A stretch of DNA of 57,385 nucleotides, from the NCBI GenBank assembly GCA_030611805.1, contig JAUWPB010000003.1:1-57385 (forward strand). Direction: 5' to 3'. Every line of letters starts with the position of its first letter. Position 1 is the stretch's first letter. This DNA is from Nanobdellota archaeon. GTDB lineage: Archaea; Nanobdellota; Nanobdellia; Pacearchaeales; GW2011-AR1. Under the pieces are notes generated by a model. The model made no database searches. It was not told the origin of the DNA and saw only the letters and a program-made list of their open reading frames with translations. The position numbers were made by a program, and so were the translations under genes. Below, one piece after another: positions 9,574-18,900 of this stretch.

Positions 9574-9999
9574 ATGCTAAAAATAAAAGTAAAAAAAATT
9601 CATCCTAATGCAGTTATCCCAAAGTATGCTTATGAAGGGGATGCCGGCATGGATCTGCATTCTGTTAAAAATTATGTTTTAAAACCAATGGAAAAAACAA
9701 TAGTTAAAACAGGGTTGCAAATGGAGATTCCAGAAAAATATTTTGGTTCTATCAGAGACAGGTCAGGTTTGGCTGCAAAGCATTCTATACACACTTTGGC
9801 AGGAGTTATTGACTCTCATTATAGGGGGGAAATTGGAGTTGTGTTAATAAATTTAGGAGAAAAAGAATTTAAAATAAATAAATATGATAGAATTGCTCAA
9901 TTAATAATCCAACCCATTAAAATAGCAGAAATTCAGGAAGTTGAAAATCTTTCTGAAACTTCAAGAGGAGGAGGGTTTGGGAGTAGTGGAATAAATTAA
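9574..9999 (+). CDS. dut: dUTP diphosphatase (trimeric dUTPase)
   Basis: AGVIDSHYRGEIGVVLINLG and C-terminal RGGGFGSSG. The track start at 9568 is TTG; the ATG is at 9574. Confidence 0.9.
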   Translation: MLKIKVKKIHPNAVIPKYAYEGDAGMDLHSVKNYVLKPMEKTIVKTGLQMEIPEKYFGSIRDRSGLAAKHSIHTLAGVIDSHYRGEIGVVLINLGEKEFKINKYDRIAQLIIQPIKIAEIQEVENLSETSRGGGFGSSGIN

Positions 10000-10006
10000 A
10001 TAAATT

Positions 10007-11059
10007 TCAGCCCCAGAATCTTGGATATGCTTGAGGCACCACACCTGAAAATTTTTCAATTTTTACTTTTCCCTGTTTAAGTATATCCTCTGTTAACTCA
10101 GAATTATATCCTCCCAAATAAAACACTTTTTTAATTCCTGATTGAACAATTTCTTTTGCACAATGTGAACAAGGATATATTGTTACGTGAAGTGTTGCTC
10201 CAATAAGATTTTTTCCTTCTCTTCCGGCATTAATTATGGTATTTTGCTCTGCATGAACTCCTCTGCACATCTCATGCCTTTCTCCGGATGGAATATTCAG
10301 TTCTGTTCTTATGCATCCTAATTCTAAACAATGAGGTGAACCTCTTACTGCTCCATTATATCCGTCAGAAGAAAAAATATTATTTTTACTGGCTACTGCT
10401 CCGACATGCCTTCTTAGACATGTTGACCTATGACTTGCTTCAAAAGCCCCTCTCATATACTTTTCCCCAAAACTTGGTCTCCTTTTTTGATCTCTCACCA
10501 AATTAACAAAACCATTTTTCCCTTCTGCAAATTCTTTTTTCGCTTTTTCAATAGTTGAATAATTATTTAGAAAAAAATAATCAGAATAATTCATGCAATA
10601 ACTTAAATTTTGTTTTCCAGAATCGTCAGAAAACATTTCTCTTTTTTCCTGTTCAACAAATTTCTCAAAGCTTACATTATCTGTTTCAGATTGTGCTTTA
10701 ACTGCTCGGTCATATCTTATCTTTTGCTCTGCATCAACAGCAATAAGAAAAAAATCTTCTCTTCCATATTTTCTCAAAAAATCAACTTCTCCTTTAGTTC
10801 GTATGCTTTCAATTACAGAATCTTTTCCTTTCTCTTTTGCTTTGTTATATAATTGTTCAACAATAAAACTTGGGGAATTTTTCTCTCTTAATTCATTTGC
10901 AATTTCAATCATTGAATCTCTGTTCACTGGTTTATCTCTCTTCTCAATTTCTTCTATTAGAAATTCTCTTACAGAATAATGCTCAAAATTATTCTCCTTA
11001 AGAACTTCAACTAAAGTTCCTTTTCCTGCTCTTAATGTTCCTGTCAATCCAATTATCAT
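10007..11059 (-). CDS. fusion protein: N-terminal P-loop (nucleotide-kinase-like) domain + C-terminal dCMP deaminase
   Basis: Walker A GLTGTLRAGKGT at the N-terminus; zinc motifs HAEQNTIINA and PCSHCAKEI in the C-terminal half. Confidence 0.8.
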   Translation of the reverse strand: MIIGLTGTLRAGKGTLVEVLKENNFEHYSVREFLIEEIEKRDKPVNRDSMIEIANELREKNSPSFIVEQLYNKAKEKGKDSVIESIRTKGEVDFLRKYGREDFFLIAVDAEQKIRYDRAVKAQSETDNVSFEKFVEQEKREMFSDDSGKQNLSYCMNYSDYFFLNNYSTIEKAKKEFAEGKNGFVNLVRDQKRRPSFGEKYMRGAFEASHRSTCLRRHVGAVASKNNIFSSDGYNGAVRGSPHCLELGCIRTELNIPSGERHEMCRGVHAEQNTIINAGREGKNLIGATLHVTIYPCSHCAKEIVQSGIKKVFYLGGYNSELTEDILKQGKVKIEKFSGVVPQAYPRFWG

Positions 11060-11093
11060 AAAAAAACATTACGAAAGAATTTTTAAGAATTGT

Positions 11094-11110
11094 TGTGATA
11101 AAATATCACA
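11094..11110. promoter_or_regulatory. palindrome TGTGATA-AAA-TATCACA upstream of the kinase::dCMP-deaminase gene
   Basis: 7-bp perfect arms, 35-50 nt upstream of the ATG at 11059. The operator role is speculative. Confidence 0.3.
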
Positions 11111-11141
11111 TCCTAATCTTTCTTTTACACAATTATAAATT

Positions 11142-11960
11142 TTATTTAAATAAATCATCCAGTTTCATTGTTCTTAATTTAGCTAAATCTTCGGCATAAC
11201 CATAAAGATGAAGTCCTTTGCTTTCAACTATCATTTCTCCGTCTTCAACACCAATCTCTCCTGCCATATATTCTTTTAAATTTTGAATCCCAGCCAGATT
11301 TGCAGGCATACCACCCCATAAATCCCAGGAACGAAACATAACTGGTGCAAAATGAAGTTTTCCGTCCTGAATCCTTGTGTCAATTGAACGAAGACAAGGT
11401 GGGTCAAGAAGGGTCAGGTCTGAGGGATGTGCAATCTGGAGAACCATCTGATTATTACGAGGTCCATGTTTTTTATAAGTATCAATAACCCATTCTATCT
11501 GATTAATATAAAGAGCTCCTTTCTTTTCAAAAACAATTTTTCCATCTGGTTCAGAGAACAATCTTTCATCCATAACATCTTTATCCAGTCCCCTTAACCT
11601 CATTAATTTCTCTCCGGTAATTTGGGCTTTAGTCATTCGCTCTCCATAAGTATACGATTCACCAGCCTCTTTTTCAGGAGTCATAAGATATTCAAGATAA
11701 GACCTGTCATATCCTTCTCCTCCATAAATATATGCTTCTTCAACAGGATTTGGTATCCCGCACGCCGGAGGAATATCTGGCAACAATGGTTGTGCACCAG
11801 GATATTTCACATGACCAATAAAATAATCATATTCTAAACGCGTTTGCCCTGCATAAGAACCCCGATCAATTTTAAATCTCTTACCTTTGTCAAAAATATC
11901 ATTAACTGCCTGAAACCACAAGTCAGGTAAATCCCTTGCCTCTATTTTGTGAATCTCCAT
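11142..11960 (-). CDS. thyA: thymidylate synthase, divergent archaeal ThyA type
   Basis: PPCLRSIDTRIQDGKLHF...FRSWDLWGGMPANLAGIQNL parallels the ThyA PPCH...RSxDxxLGxPFNIA blocks. Confidence 0.78.
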   Translation of the reverse strand: MEIHKIEARDLPDLWFQAVNDIFDKGKRFKIDRGSYAGQTRLEYDYFIGHVKYPGAQPLLPDIPPACGIPNPVEEAYIYGGEGYDRSYLEYLMTPEKEAGESYTYGERMTKAQITGEKLMRLRGLDKDVMDERLFSEPDGKIVFEKKGALYINQIEWVIDTYKKHGPRNNQMVLQIAHPSDLTLLDPPCLRSIDTRIQDGKLHFAPVMFRSWDLWGGMPANLAGIQNLKEYMAGEIGVEDGEMIVESKGLHLYGYAEDLAKLRTMKLDDLFK

Positions 11961-12061
11961 TTGAAAAATGAGCCCTCATACTTTTTAAATAAATCTATAC
12001 TCTAAAGTATATTCTCCATGCTAAACTAAAATTTTATAAATCTCTTTTTCTCTTTTTGTTT

Positions 12062-12382
12062 ATGTCAGTTCCTGAATTAAGTAAAAGCGAATTTGAAAAA
12101 TTTATCAAAGAAGGAATTGTGTTTATAGATTTTTTTGCAGAATGGTGCATGCCTTGTTTAACAATGTCTCCGATAATTGATGAGTTGAGCGAAAAATTCA
12201 AGGGCAAGATTAAATTCGGGAAAGTCAATGTTGGAGAGAACCAAGAACTTGCACAGAAATTCAAAGTTAGTTCTATTCCTAATTTTACTATTTTAAAAGA
12301 TGGAAAAGTTATTGAGCAATTTATTGGTTCAATGTCTGAAGAGGAATTAGAAGAGAAGTTGGAGAGAGTTTTAAAGAATTAA
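12062..12382 (+). CDS. trx: thioredoxin
   Basis: FFAEWCMPC active site and SIPNFTILKDGK. The ATG is at 12062 (track start is TTG). Confidence 0.9.
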   Translation: MSVPELSKSEFEKFIKEGIVFIDFFAEWCMPCLTMSPIIDELSEKFKGKIKFGKVNVGENQELAQKFKVSSIPNFTILKDGKVIEQFIGSMSEEELEEKLERVLKN

Positions 12383-12464
12383 TTTTCTTGTTAATGCAAA
12401 GTGGCCAAGCATTTTCAACTATACCATAATAATCTTTATAAATTAGAAGTTTCATTAAAATTTT

Positions 12465-12674
12465 ATGACAGAAAGTTCATTAATAGAATTAATTGAAGAT
12501 GTTGCTAAAGTTAGAAAGGATATGCCTCTTCCAAGAGAATATATTATTGATGCACTAAAAAAGATTGAGGATGGAGATATCGAAGTGGAAAGATATCCTA
12601 TGGGGAATCCTTCATTAAAAGGCGTTTATGACATTGCTTTAGAATTATATGAAGCAGATCAAACAAGACATTAA
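12465..12674 (+). CDS. hypothetical protein (69 aa, acidic)
   Basis: ORF with a strong TATA-like box CTTTATAAAT 22-31 nt upstream. Confidence 0.5.
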   Translation: MTESSLIELIEDVAKVRKDMPLPREYIIDALKKIEDGDIEVERYPMGNPSLKGVYDIALELYEADQTRH

Positions 12675-12760
12675 TTCCTTTTAAATTCTAGAATTAATTT
12701 TTACTCTTTGTCATCCCTACGGCGAACTTCTCTTAAGCCCGACAGAATATATTTTAACAC

Positions 12761-13687
12761 TCACAAAAACTTCAAATTTCCTTTAACCTCGTCTATAGAA
12801 TTATAATTTTTTCTTTTCATGATTTCTTCAAACTCTTTATTTATTCTTTCAAAACAAGTTGCACCTTCTTCTTTAAATGTTGTGGCAACCTGAACAGCGT
12901 CCGCTCCGGCAAGAAGAAACTCAAATACATCTGCTCCTGATTCAATTCCCCCAACTCCAAAAATTTGCACCTCGCCTTTTAAAAGTTCATAAAATTTTCT
13001 CACATTTGCAAGTGCAATAGGTTTAATACAACTCCCTCCCAATCCTGCAAAACCTTTTTTTGGTTTTATTATTGGTGTTTCTGTTTCAGGGTCAATAACT
13101 AAAACATTCCCGACAGAATTTATGCAAGTAACAAAAGAAACATTATATTTTTTTATTAATTCTGCCATCTGTTTGGTGTGAGCAAAATCATAATAAGGAG
13201 GGAGTTTTAATCCAATTGGTTTGTTGCCTAAATCTGAGATTGCTTTTAAAATTTCCTCGCTTTGTTTAAAATCATAAGCAGCTTGTGGTTTTCCTTCTAA
13301 ATTCGGGCAAGAAAGGTTTACTTCAATTAAATCAACCTCGCTGTCTTGAAATGCTTTAACCATTTTTTTATAATCTTCAACACATAATCCTGCAACACTT
13401 GCAATAATTGGTTTGTTATATTTTTGCAATTGAATTGGAAATTTTATATATTCTTGATAACCTAAATTTGGCAATCCCATGCATTGAATAGAACCACTCA
13501 AAAGTTTTGCATATCTTGGTTCTTCATTCCCCTGTCTTGGTTCAATTGTTGAGGATTTCATCATAATAGCAGAAGAGCCAGAACCTCCTATAACTTTTAA
13601 TTCCTCAAGTGTTGAACAGTCTGGACCCGAAGCATTAAGAACATAAGAACCAAATTCTACCCCTGCAATTTTTGTTTTAGTTTCCAT
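12761..13687 (-). CDS. pyrD: dihydroorotate dehydrogenase, class 1
   Basis: VNLSCPN catalytic-Cys loop and GGIESGADVFEFLLAGADAVQVAT. Start set at METKTK; the longer track ORF runs through the tRNA. Confidence 0.87.
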   Translation of the reverse strand: METKTKIAGVEFGSYVLNASGPDCSTLEELKVIGGSGSSAIMMKSSTIEPRQGNEEPRYAKLLSGSIQCMGLPNLGYQEYIKFPIQLQKYNKPIIASVAGLCVEDYKKMVKAFQDSEVDLIEVNLSCPNLEGKPQAAYDFKQSEEILKAISDLGNKPIGLKLPPYYDFAHTKQMAELIKKYNVSFVTCINSVGNVLVIDPETETPIIKPKKGFAGLGGSCIKPIALANVRKFYELLKGEVQIFGVGGIESGADVFEFLLAGADAVQVATTFKEEGATCFERINKEFEEIMKRKNYNSIDEVKGNLKFL

Positions 13688-13701
13688 GATAATAAAATAC
13701 A

Positions 13702-13776
13702 TGGCCCCGAAGGGATTTGAACCCTCGACACCTGGATTAAAAGTCCAGTGCTCTGACCAAGCTGAGCTACGGAGCC
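13702..13776 (-). tRNA. tRNA-Lys (anticodon UUU), 75 nt, no encoded CCA
   Basis: Cloverleaf folded by hand: acceptor GGCTCCG/CGGGGCC, D arm GCTC..GAGC, anticodon arm CTGGA-CTTTTAA-TCCAG, T arm GAGGG-TTCAAAT-CCCTT, discriminator A. Confidence 0.92.
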
Positions 13777-13885
13777 ATATTTGGCGACTGCGAAGCAACT
13801 TAAAAGGATGAAGTCTCGAAATGAGAGGTCACCTCGTTAGAGGTTCTTGTGCCGGGAGCCTTGGCGAGACGGTATCCCTGTGGGA

Positions 13886-13900
13886 AGCTACGGAGCCATA
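13886..13900 (-). repeat. 15-nt direct copy of the tRNA-Lys 5' end (stub) 121 bp upstream of the gene
   Basis: agctacggagccata occurs at 13765..13779 and at 13886..13900. Confidence 0.8.
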
Positions 13901-14191
13901 ATTAAATAATGAAAAAATGGTTTAAAAATTTAATGTATCAGAATAACTCTTCATTCCTCACGTGGATTTTTATGAGGATGACAACATAAAACATTACCAG
14001 AGCGAAGCGACGCAGAGTTTTAATCTTTCTTTTCAGGTTGGGGGAGGACGGTGGGACGACCAATGTATTAGAGGGATAAGCCCGCTTTTTGTTTCTTTTT
14101 TCTAAAAAGAAAATGGGGAGTTCCTATTTTGCCTTCTTTTTTGAAAGACGTATACATAAATCTATAATGTATAATTTACTTTTTTAGCTTA

Positions 14192-14908
14192 ATGAATAAA
14201 ATAAATAGAATCAAAGAAGAATGGGAAGGAAGAAGTGAAGGTTATCTAAAAGAATATAACCCGATAGAAATTGATTACGGACCAGGAGTTCCAAATGAAA
14301 ATAAATTAAACATAATTGGGTCTGTAAAAAATAAAAAAGTTTTAGATCTTGGATGTGGAGGAGGGCAAATTTCGATTGCATTTGCTAAGAAAGGTGCAAA
14401 AGTCACTGGAATAGACCTTTCTGACAAACATATAGAATTTGCAAAGAAATTAGCAAAAAAACATAAAGTAAAAATATTATTTGAACGAGGAAGCTTTCAG
14501 AAATTCCCAATGATAAAATCTAAAAGCCAAGATATTGTTTTTTCTTCATGGGCATTCTTATATTCTCCAGACCTAAAGCAAGTATTCAAGGAGGCTAATA
14601 GAGTTTTAAAAAATGAGGGATTGTTTGTATTTAGTCAAGACCATCCTTTTTTTCATTGTTTTGGAAATAATGATCTAGAAATTAAACAAAGCTATCTTAA
14701 GAGCGGAAGTGCTGGAAATCCAAATTTTATGGCTTTTAGAAGAACAATTAGTGAGATTTTCAATGCCCTAAAAGAATCTGGATTCAATGTGGAAAAAATT
14801 ATTGAACCAAAAAGTAAATGGTATGCTCGTTGGAAGGATGAAAAATATTTTAATAAAAAGAAGATAGAAATGCTTCCGACAACAATCATTTTTAAGGCAA
14901 GAAAATAA
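14192..14908 (+). CDS. class I SAM-dependent methyltransferase
   Basis: KVLDLGCGGGQISIAFAKKGAKVTGIDLS motif I/II. Confidence 0.8.
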   Translation: MNKINRIKEEWEGRSEGYLKEYNPIEIDYGPGVPNENKLNIIGSVKNKKVLDLGCGGGQISIAFAKKGAKVTGIDLSDKHIEFAKKLAKKHKVKILFERGSFQKFPMIKSKSQDIVFSSWAFLYSPDLKQVFKEANRVLKNEGLFVFSQDHPFFHCFGNNDLEIKQSYLKSGSAGNPNFMAFRRTISEIFNALKESGFNVEKIIEPKSKWYARWKDEKYFNKKKIEMLPTTIIFKARK

Positions 14909-14951
14909 CTCTTATCGAAAGGTTTATATACTACTTTGGAGTAATAAATGT

Positions 14952-15275
14952 ATGACAACTAGATATATACCGAACATAGGTGAAACGTATGACGAATATG
15001 TAGCCGAAGGTATAAAAAGTATAGGGGAATATCTTGATGGAGAAATATTTTGGGGTCCTACTGACAGAGGACGAGCTTTTGCAGCAAGAGTGGGCAGATT
15101 AAAAGATAAAGAAAGAATATATAATGAAAAATTAGCTGAAGGCAGAAGAGAAATAAGCAAAGAGCTGGATGATCAAATATTTTGGGGTCCTACTGACAGA
15201 GGACGGGCATTAGCATACAGAACATCAATATTAAGAGAAAAATTAGACAACAATCCTTTCTTTTGTGATAATTAA
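14952..15275 (+). CDS. hypothetical protein with two 44-aa repeats (core (E/Q)IFWGPTDRGRA)
   Basis: The repeats are marked by a perfect 31-nt direct repeat at 15043..15073 and 15175..15205. Confidence 0.6.
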   Translation: MTTRYIPNIGETYDEYVAEGIKSIGEYLDGEIFWGPTDRGRAFAARVGRLKDKERIYNEKLAEGRREISKELDDQIFWGPTDRGRALAYRTSILREKLDNNPFFCDN

Positions 15276-15399
15276 TTCTCGGCAAAGCCGAACTATCTAT
15301 ATAAAGGATTGGGAACTCCCCTTATCGATGAAAAATTTGCGTGAGCCTTGCGAACATTTTATCCTTGGTTATGCGAAATTTTAATTTCGTTGTTATGTT

Positions 15400-15412
15400 C
15401 CTTCGGGGCCAT
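15400..15412 (+). repeat. 13-nt inverted copy of the tRNA-Lys 3' end
   Basis: ccttcggggccat is the reverse complement of 13701..13713. It is GC-rich in an AT-rich background. Confidence 0.6.
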
Positions 15413-15421
15413 ATTATAGAC

Positions 15422-15462
15422 TTTTTGTGCAAACTATCTCCTAAAACCGGTTTTTGTGCAAA
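15422..15462 (+). promoter_or_regulatory. two 12-bp direct repeats TTTTTGTGCAAA (29-bp period) just upstream of rpoH promoter candidates
   Basis: Repeats at 15422..15433 and 15451..15462. TATA-like TTTATAAA follows at 15481. Confidence 0.45.
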
Positions 15463-15548
15463 GCTCCAAAAATCAAAAACTTTATAAATCAAATTTTATT
15501 GTTTTTCATTATTATAAAGTTGTTAAAGTAATTCCTAACTTCAATAAA

Positions 15549-15755
15549 ATGCACATTCTTCAACCAAAACATTTTAAACTCTCTGAGAAAGAGGCTGATA
15601 AACTTTTGGAAAAATTAAATGTTTCCAAAGCACAATTACCAAAAATTCTTTCAAATGACCCTGCTCTTCCAGAAGGTTGTAATGTAGGAGATATAATCAA
15701 AATAGAGAGGAAAGAAAAAGATAAAATAAATATTTATTATCGAGTTGTTGTATAA
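15549..15755 (+). CDS. rpoH: DNA-directed RNA polymerase subunit H (Rpo5)
   Basis: 68 aa, MHILQPKHFKLSEKEADKLLEKLNVSKAQLPKI...IYYRVVV; position 5' of rpoB. The track start at 15456 is GTG and extended. Confidence 0.87.
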   Translation: MHILQPKHFKLSEKEADKLLEKLNVSKAQLPKILSNDPALPEGCNVGDIIKIERKEKDKINIYYRVVV

Positions 15756-15767
15756 TTTTTTAATAAA

Positions 15768-15941
15768 ATGAAAATAAATCCAAAACCATTAGAAAAGAAA
15801 ACACGTCCTAATAATAAATTTCAGGACACGGTAGAATATTATTTGGGAAATGGCAATCTCCCGGAAGAATCAAGAAAATATGCTCGAGACTTAATTAAAT
15901 ATCAATGTAGAGACTCCAAAAAAAATGACAGATAAACATTT
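15768..15941 (+). CDS. hypothetical 57-aa ORF between rpoH and rpoB
   Basis: ATG at 15768; the stop overlaps the rpoB start by 17 nt. Not in the track (under 60 aa). Coding status uncertain. Confidence 0.35.
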
Positions 15942-18900
15942 GATTGTAAAAAAATATTTGGAAAAACATTCGCTAGTTGAATCTAATATTACTTCTTTTA
16001 ATAATTTTATTGAGCACAGAATGCAGGAGATTGTTAATGAAATATCAGAAACTATGAGTAGCGACGAATTTGAAATCATCCTCGGAAAAATAAAAGTTGG
16101 GAAACCCAAAGTAACTGAAGCCGACGGTAGTTCTTCCCTGATTATGCCTTTTGAAGCAAGAATAAGAAAACTGACTTACTCTGCTCCGATTACTCTTGAA
16201 CTAACTGTAAAAAAAGATAATCAAATTGATTCAGAAACTGTGGAAATTGGAAAAATTCCAATCATGGTTGGAAGTAGCGTGTGTAATACTCATGGTTTAT
16301 CACACGAACAATTAATTGAAAACTATAATGACCCTCGAGACCCTGGAGGCTATTTTATCATCGGAGGGAATGAAAGAGTTATGATTATGGCAGAGGACCT
16401 TGCAGAAAACCAACCATTTATTGAAACAGATAAAAAAGGAAATTTAACTTTGAGATTGTTTTCGTTAAAAGGAACATACAGAATACCGGTAACAATTTCA
16501 GAAAATAAAAAAGGAATACTTGAGACAACATTCAGCAGATTTAGAGACTTGCCGGCGATAGTAATTCTAAAGGCACTTGGTTTAACAAAAGAGTCAGACA
16601 TTGCTAAATATATCGGAAAAGAAACAGATAGTGTTATTATTAATCTTTATGAATTTGTAAACTTGGCAACTAAAGAAGATGCGATGATGGCTATTGCTGA
16701 GCAGACAAATTTGCAGGGGACAAAAAAAGAAATTCTTGACAGGGTAAACCAGAGAATTGATGCTTACTTGTTTCCACACATTGGAACGAAAAAAGAAGAC
16801 CGAATGAAAAAAGCTGTGACTTTATGCAAATTAATAAAACAATTTTTGATTGCAAAACAAAATCCTAAATTAAGAACAGACAAAGACCACTATTCAAATA
16901 AAAGGGTCAGACTTTCAGGAGATTTATTGGCTACTTTATTCAGAGTTAATTTAGGAATTTTAATAAGAGATATTCAATACTCACTGCAAAAAACAGTTAA
17001 AAGAAGAAAGTTCTTTTCTATTCGGATAATTGCAAAATCTACTTTATTTTCTCACAGGGTTGAATCTGCAATTGCAACAGGAAGCTGGACTGGGGAAAGA
17101 AGCGGTATCACGCAAAACATGGACAAGACAAATTATCTGGCAACAATTTCCCAACTGCAAAGAGTTTCAAGCATGTTGCCAAGTGATCAGGAAAACTTTT
17201 TGGCGAGAACACTTCATCCAACTCACTATGGAAGATTCTGTCCAATAGAAACTCCTGAAGGAACAGAAATTGGTTTAAGAAAAAACCTCGCAATTTTGGC
17301 AAAAATATCTACAAGAGTTGTTCTTGATGAAAACAAATTTCTAAAAGAATTAGAAGCTCAGGGGTTAAACAAAGAAGGGATTGGTGAAAAAGAAGTTTTC
17401 TTTAACGGGGAATTTATTGGAAGTGTAAATGAGCCAAAAGAATTTGTTAAAAAAATAAGAGAAAAAAGAAGAGACGGGGAACTCCCCCCACAAATGAATA
17501 TCAGGGATGACCAAAATTTCCAGTTGATTTTAATTTCAACAGAACCAGGCAGGGCTTTAAGACCATTAATAATTATCGAGGACGGAACACCAAAATTAAA
17601 AGACCAACACTTAGTTCAATTAGAGCAAGGAGAATTAGAATGGATTGATTTGATAAAACAAGGAGTAATTGAATACCTTGATGCGTCCGAAGAGGAAAAT
17701 GCTTTGGTTGCTTTGTATAAGGAAGAGGTAAGCCCGGAACACACTCATCTTGAAATAGATTCTATGGATTTGTTTGGGGTTGTAACAAGTCTTGTGCCTT
17801 ATGGAAATCACGACCAGAGTTCAAGATTAAACAGAGGAAGTAAAACGCAAAAGCAGGCTTTGGGATTGTATGCTGCGAATTATTTATGCAGATTGGATAC
17901 AGATGTGAGCATTCTCCAGTATCCTCAAAAACCAATTGTTAGAAGTTTTGTTTATGATACCTTGAACACTTATCCTGCCGGGCAAAATTTAGTGGTCGCA
18001 ATTATGACTCATGAAGGATATAATATAGAAGATGCTTTGGTATTTAACCAGGGTAGTTTAGACAGAGGCGTCGGAAGAAGTTTTTATTTCAGGCCTTACT
18101 CTGCGGTGGAAATGAGTTATGCAGGAGGTTTGAACGATGAACTTGCTATTCCTGAAAAAGATGCTACTGGATATAGGATGGAAACAAGCTACAAATTTTT
18201 GGAAAATGATGGTATTGTTTATCCTGAAGCAGAAATTAACGAGGGAGAAGTTCTTATTGGAAAAATGTCTCCTCCAAAATTTTTATCAGAGGTAAGAGAA
18301 ATTTCAGTTAAAACAAAAAAAGAATCAAGTGTAGCAATGAGACAAGAAGAAAAAGGAATTGTTGAATCAGTATTCATCACCGAAGATTCAGAAGGGAATA
18401 AAATTGTTCAGGTTAAAACAAGGGACCAAAGAATTCCTGAATTAGGAGACAAGTTTGCTACATCTCACGGACAAAAAGGTGTTGTTGGAATGATAATTCC
18501 CGAAGAGGATATCCCATTTACTTCAAAAGGAATCAAGCCAGATGTTTTATTTAACCCGCATGGATTGCCAAGCAGAATGACTGTAGGATATTTGTTGGAA
18601 TTATTGGCAGGCAAAGTTGGATGTTTAAAAGGGGAAACAATTGACGGAACTTCTTTCTCTGGAGTTGACAAAAAAGAATTAGAAAAACAATTAAAAAATT
18701 TAGGATTTAGATATGATGGAAAAGAAACAATGTTCAATGGGATTACTGGGAAAAGACTGAGTGCGAAAATTTTTATTGGGAATTTATATTATTTGAAATT
18801 AAAATATATGGTTGGGAACAAATTGCACGGAAGAGCTTCTGGAAAAGTTGCGTTATTGACAAGACAACCTATTGAAGGAAGAGCGAGAGGAGGGGCATTA

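Noticed and set aside
13688-13798. N-terminal 37-codon extension of the pyrD ORF in the six-frame track (MLRSRQIWLRSSAWSEHW...)
   Set aside because: It is simply the antisense-free read-through of the tRNA-Lys gene and its leader. The conserved DHODH sequence starts at METKTK (13687).
13800-13985. Possible C/D-box sRNA (AGGATGA at about 13806 and about 13975)
   Set aside because: The C-box match is imperfect (GGAUGA rather than UGAUGA), and I found no properly placed CUGA D box or terminal stem.
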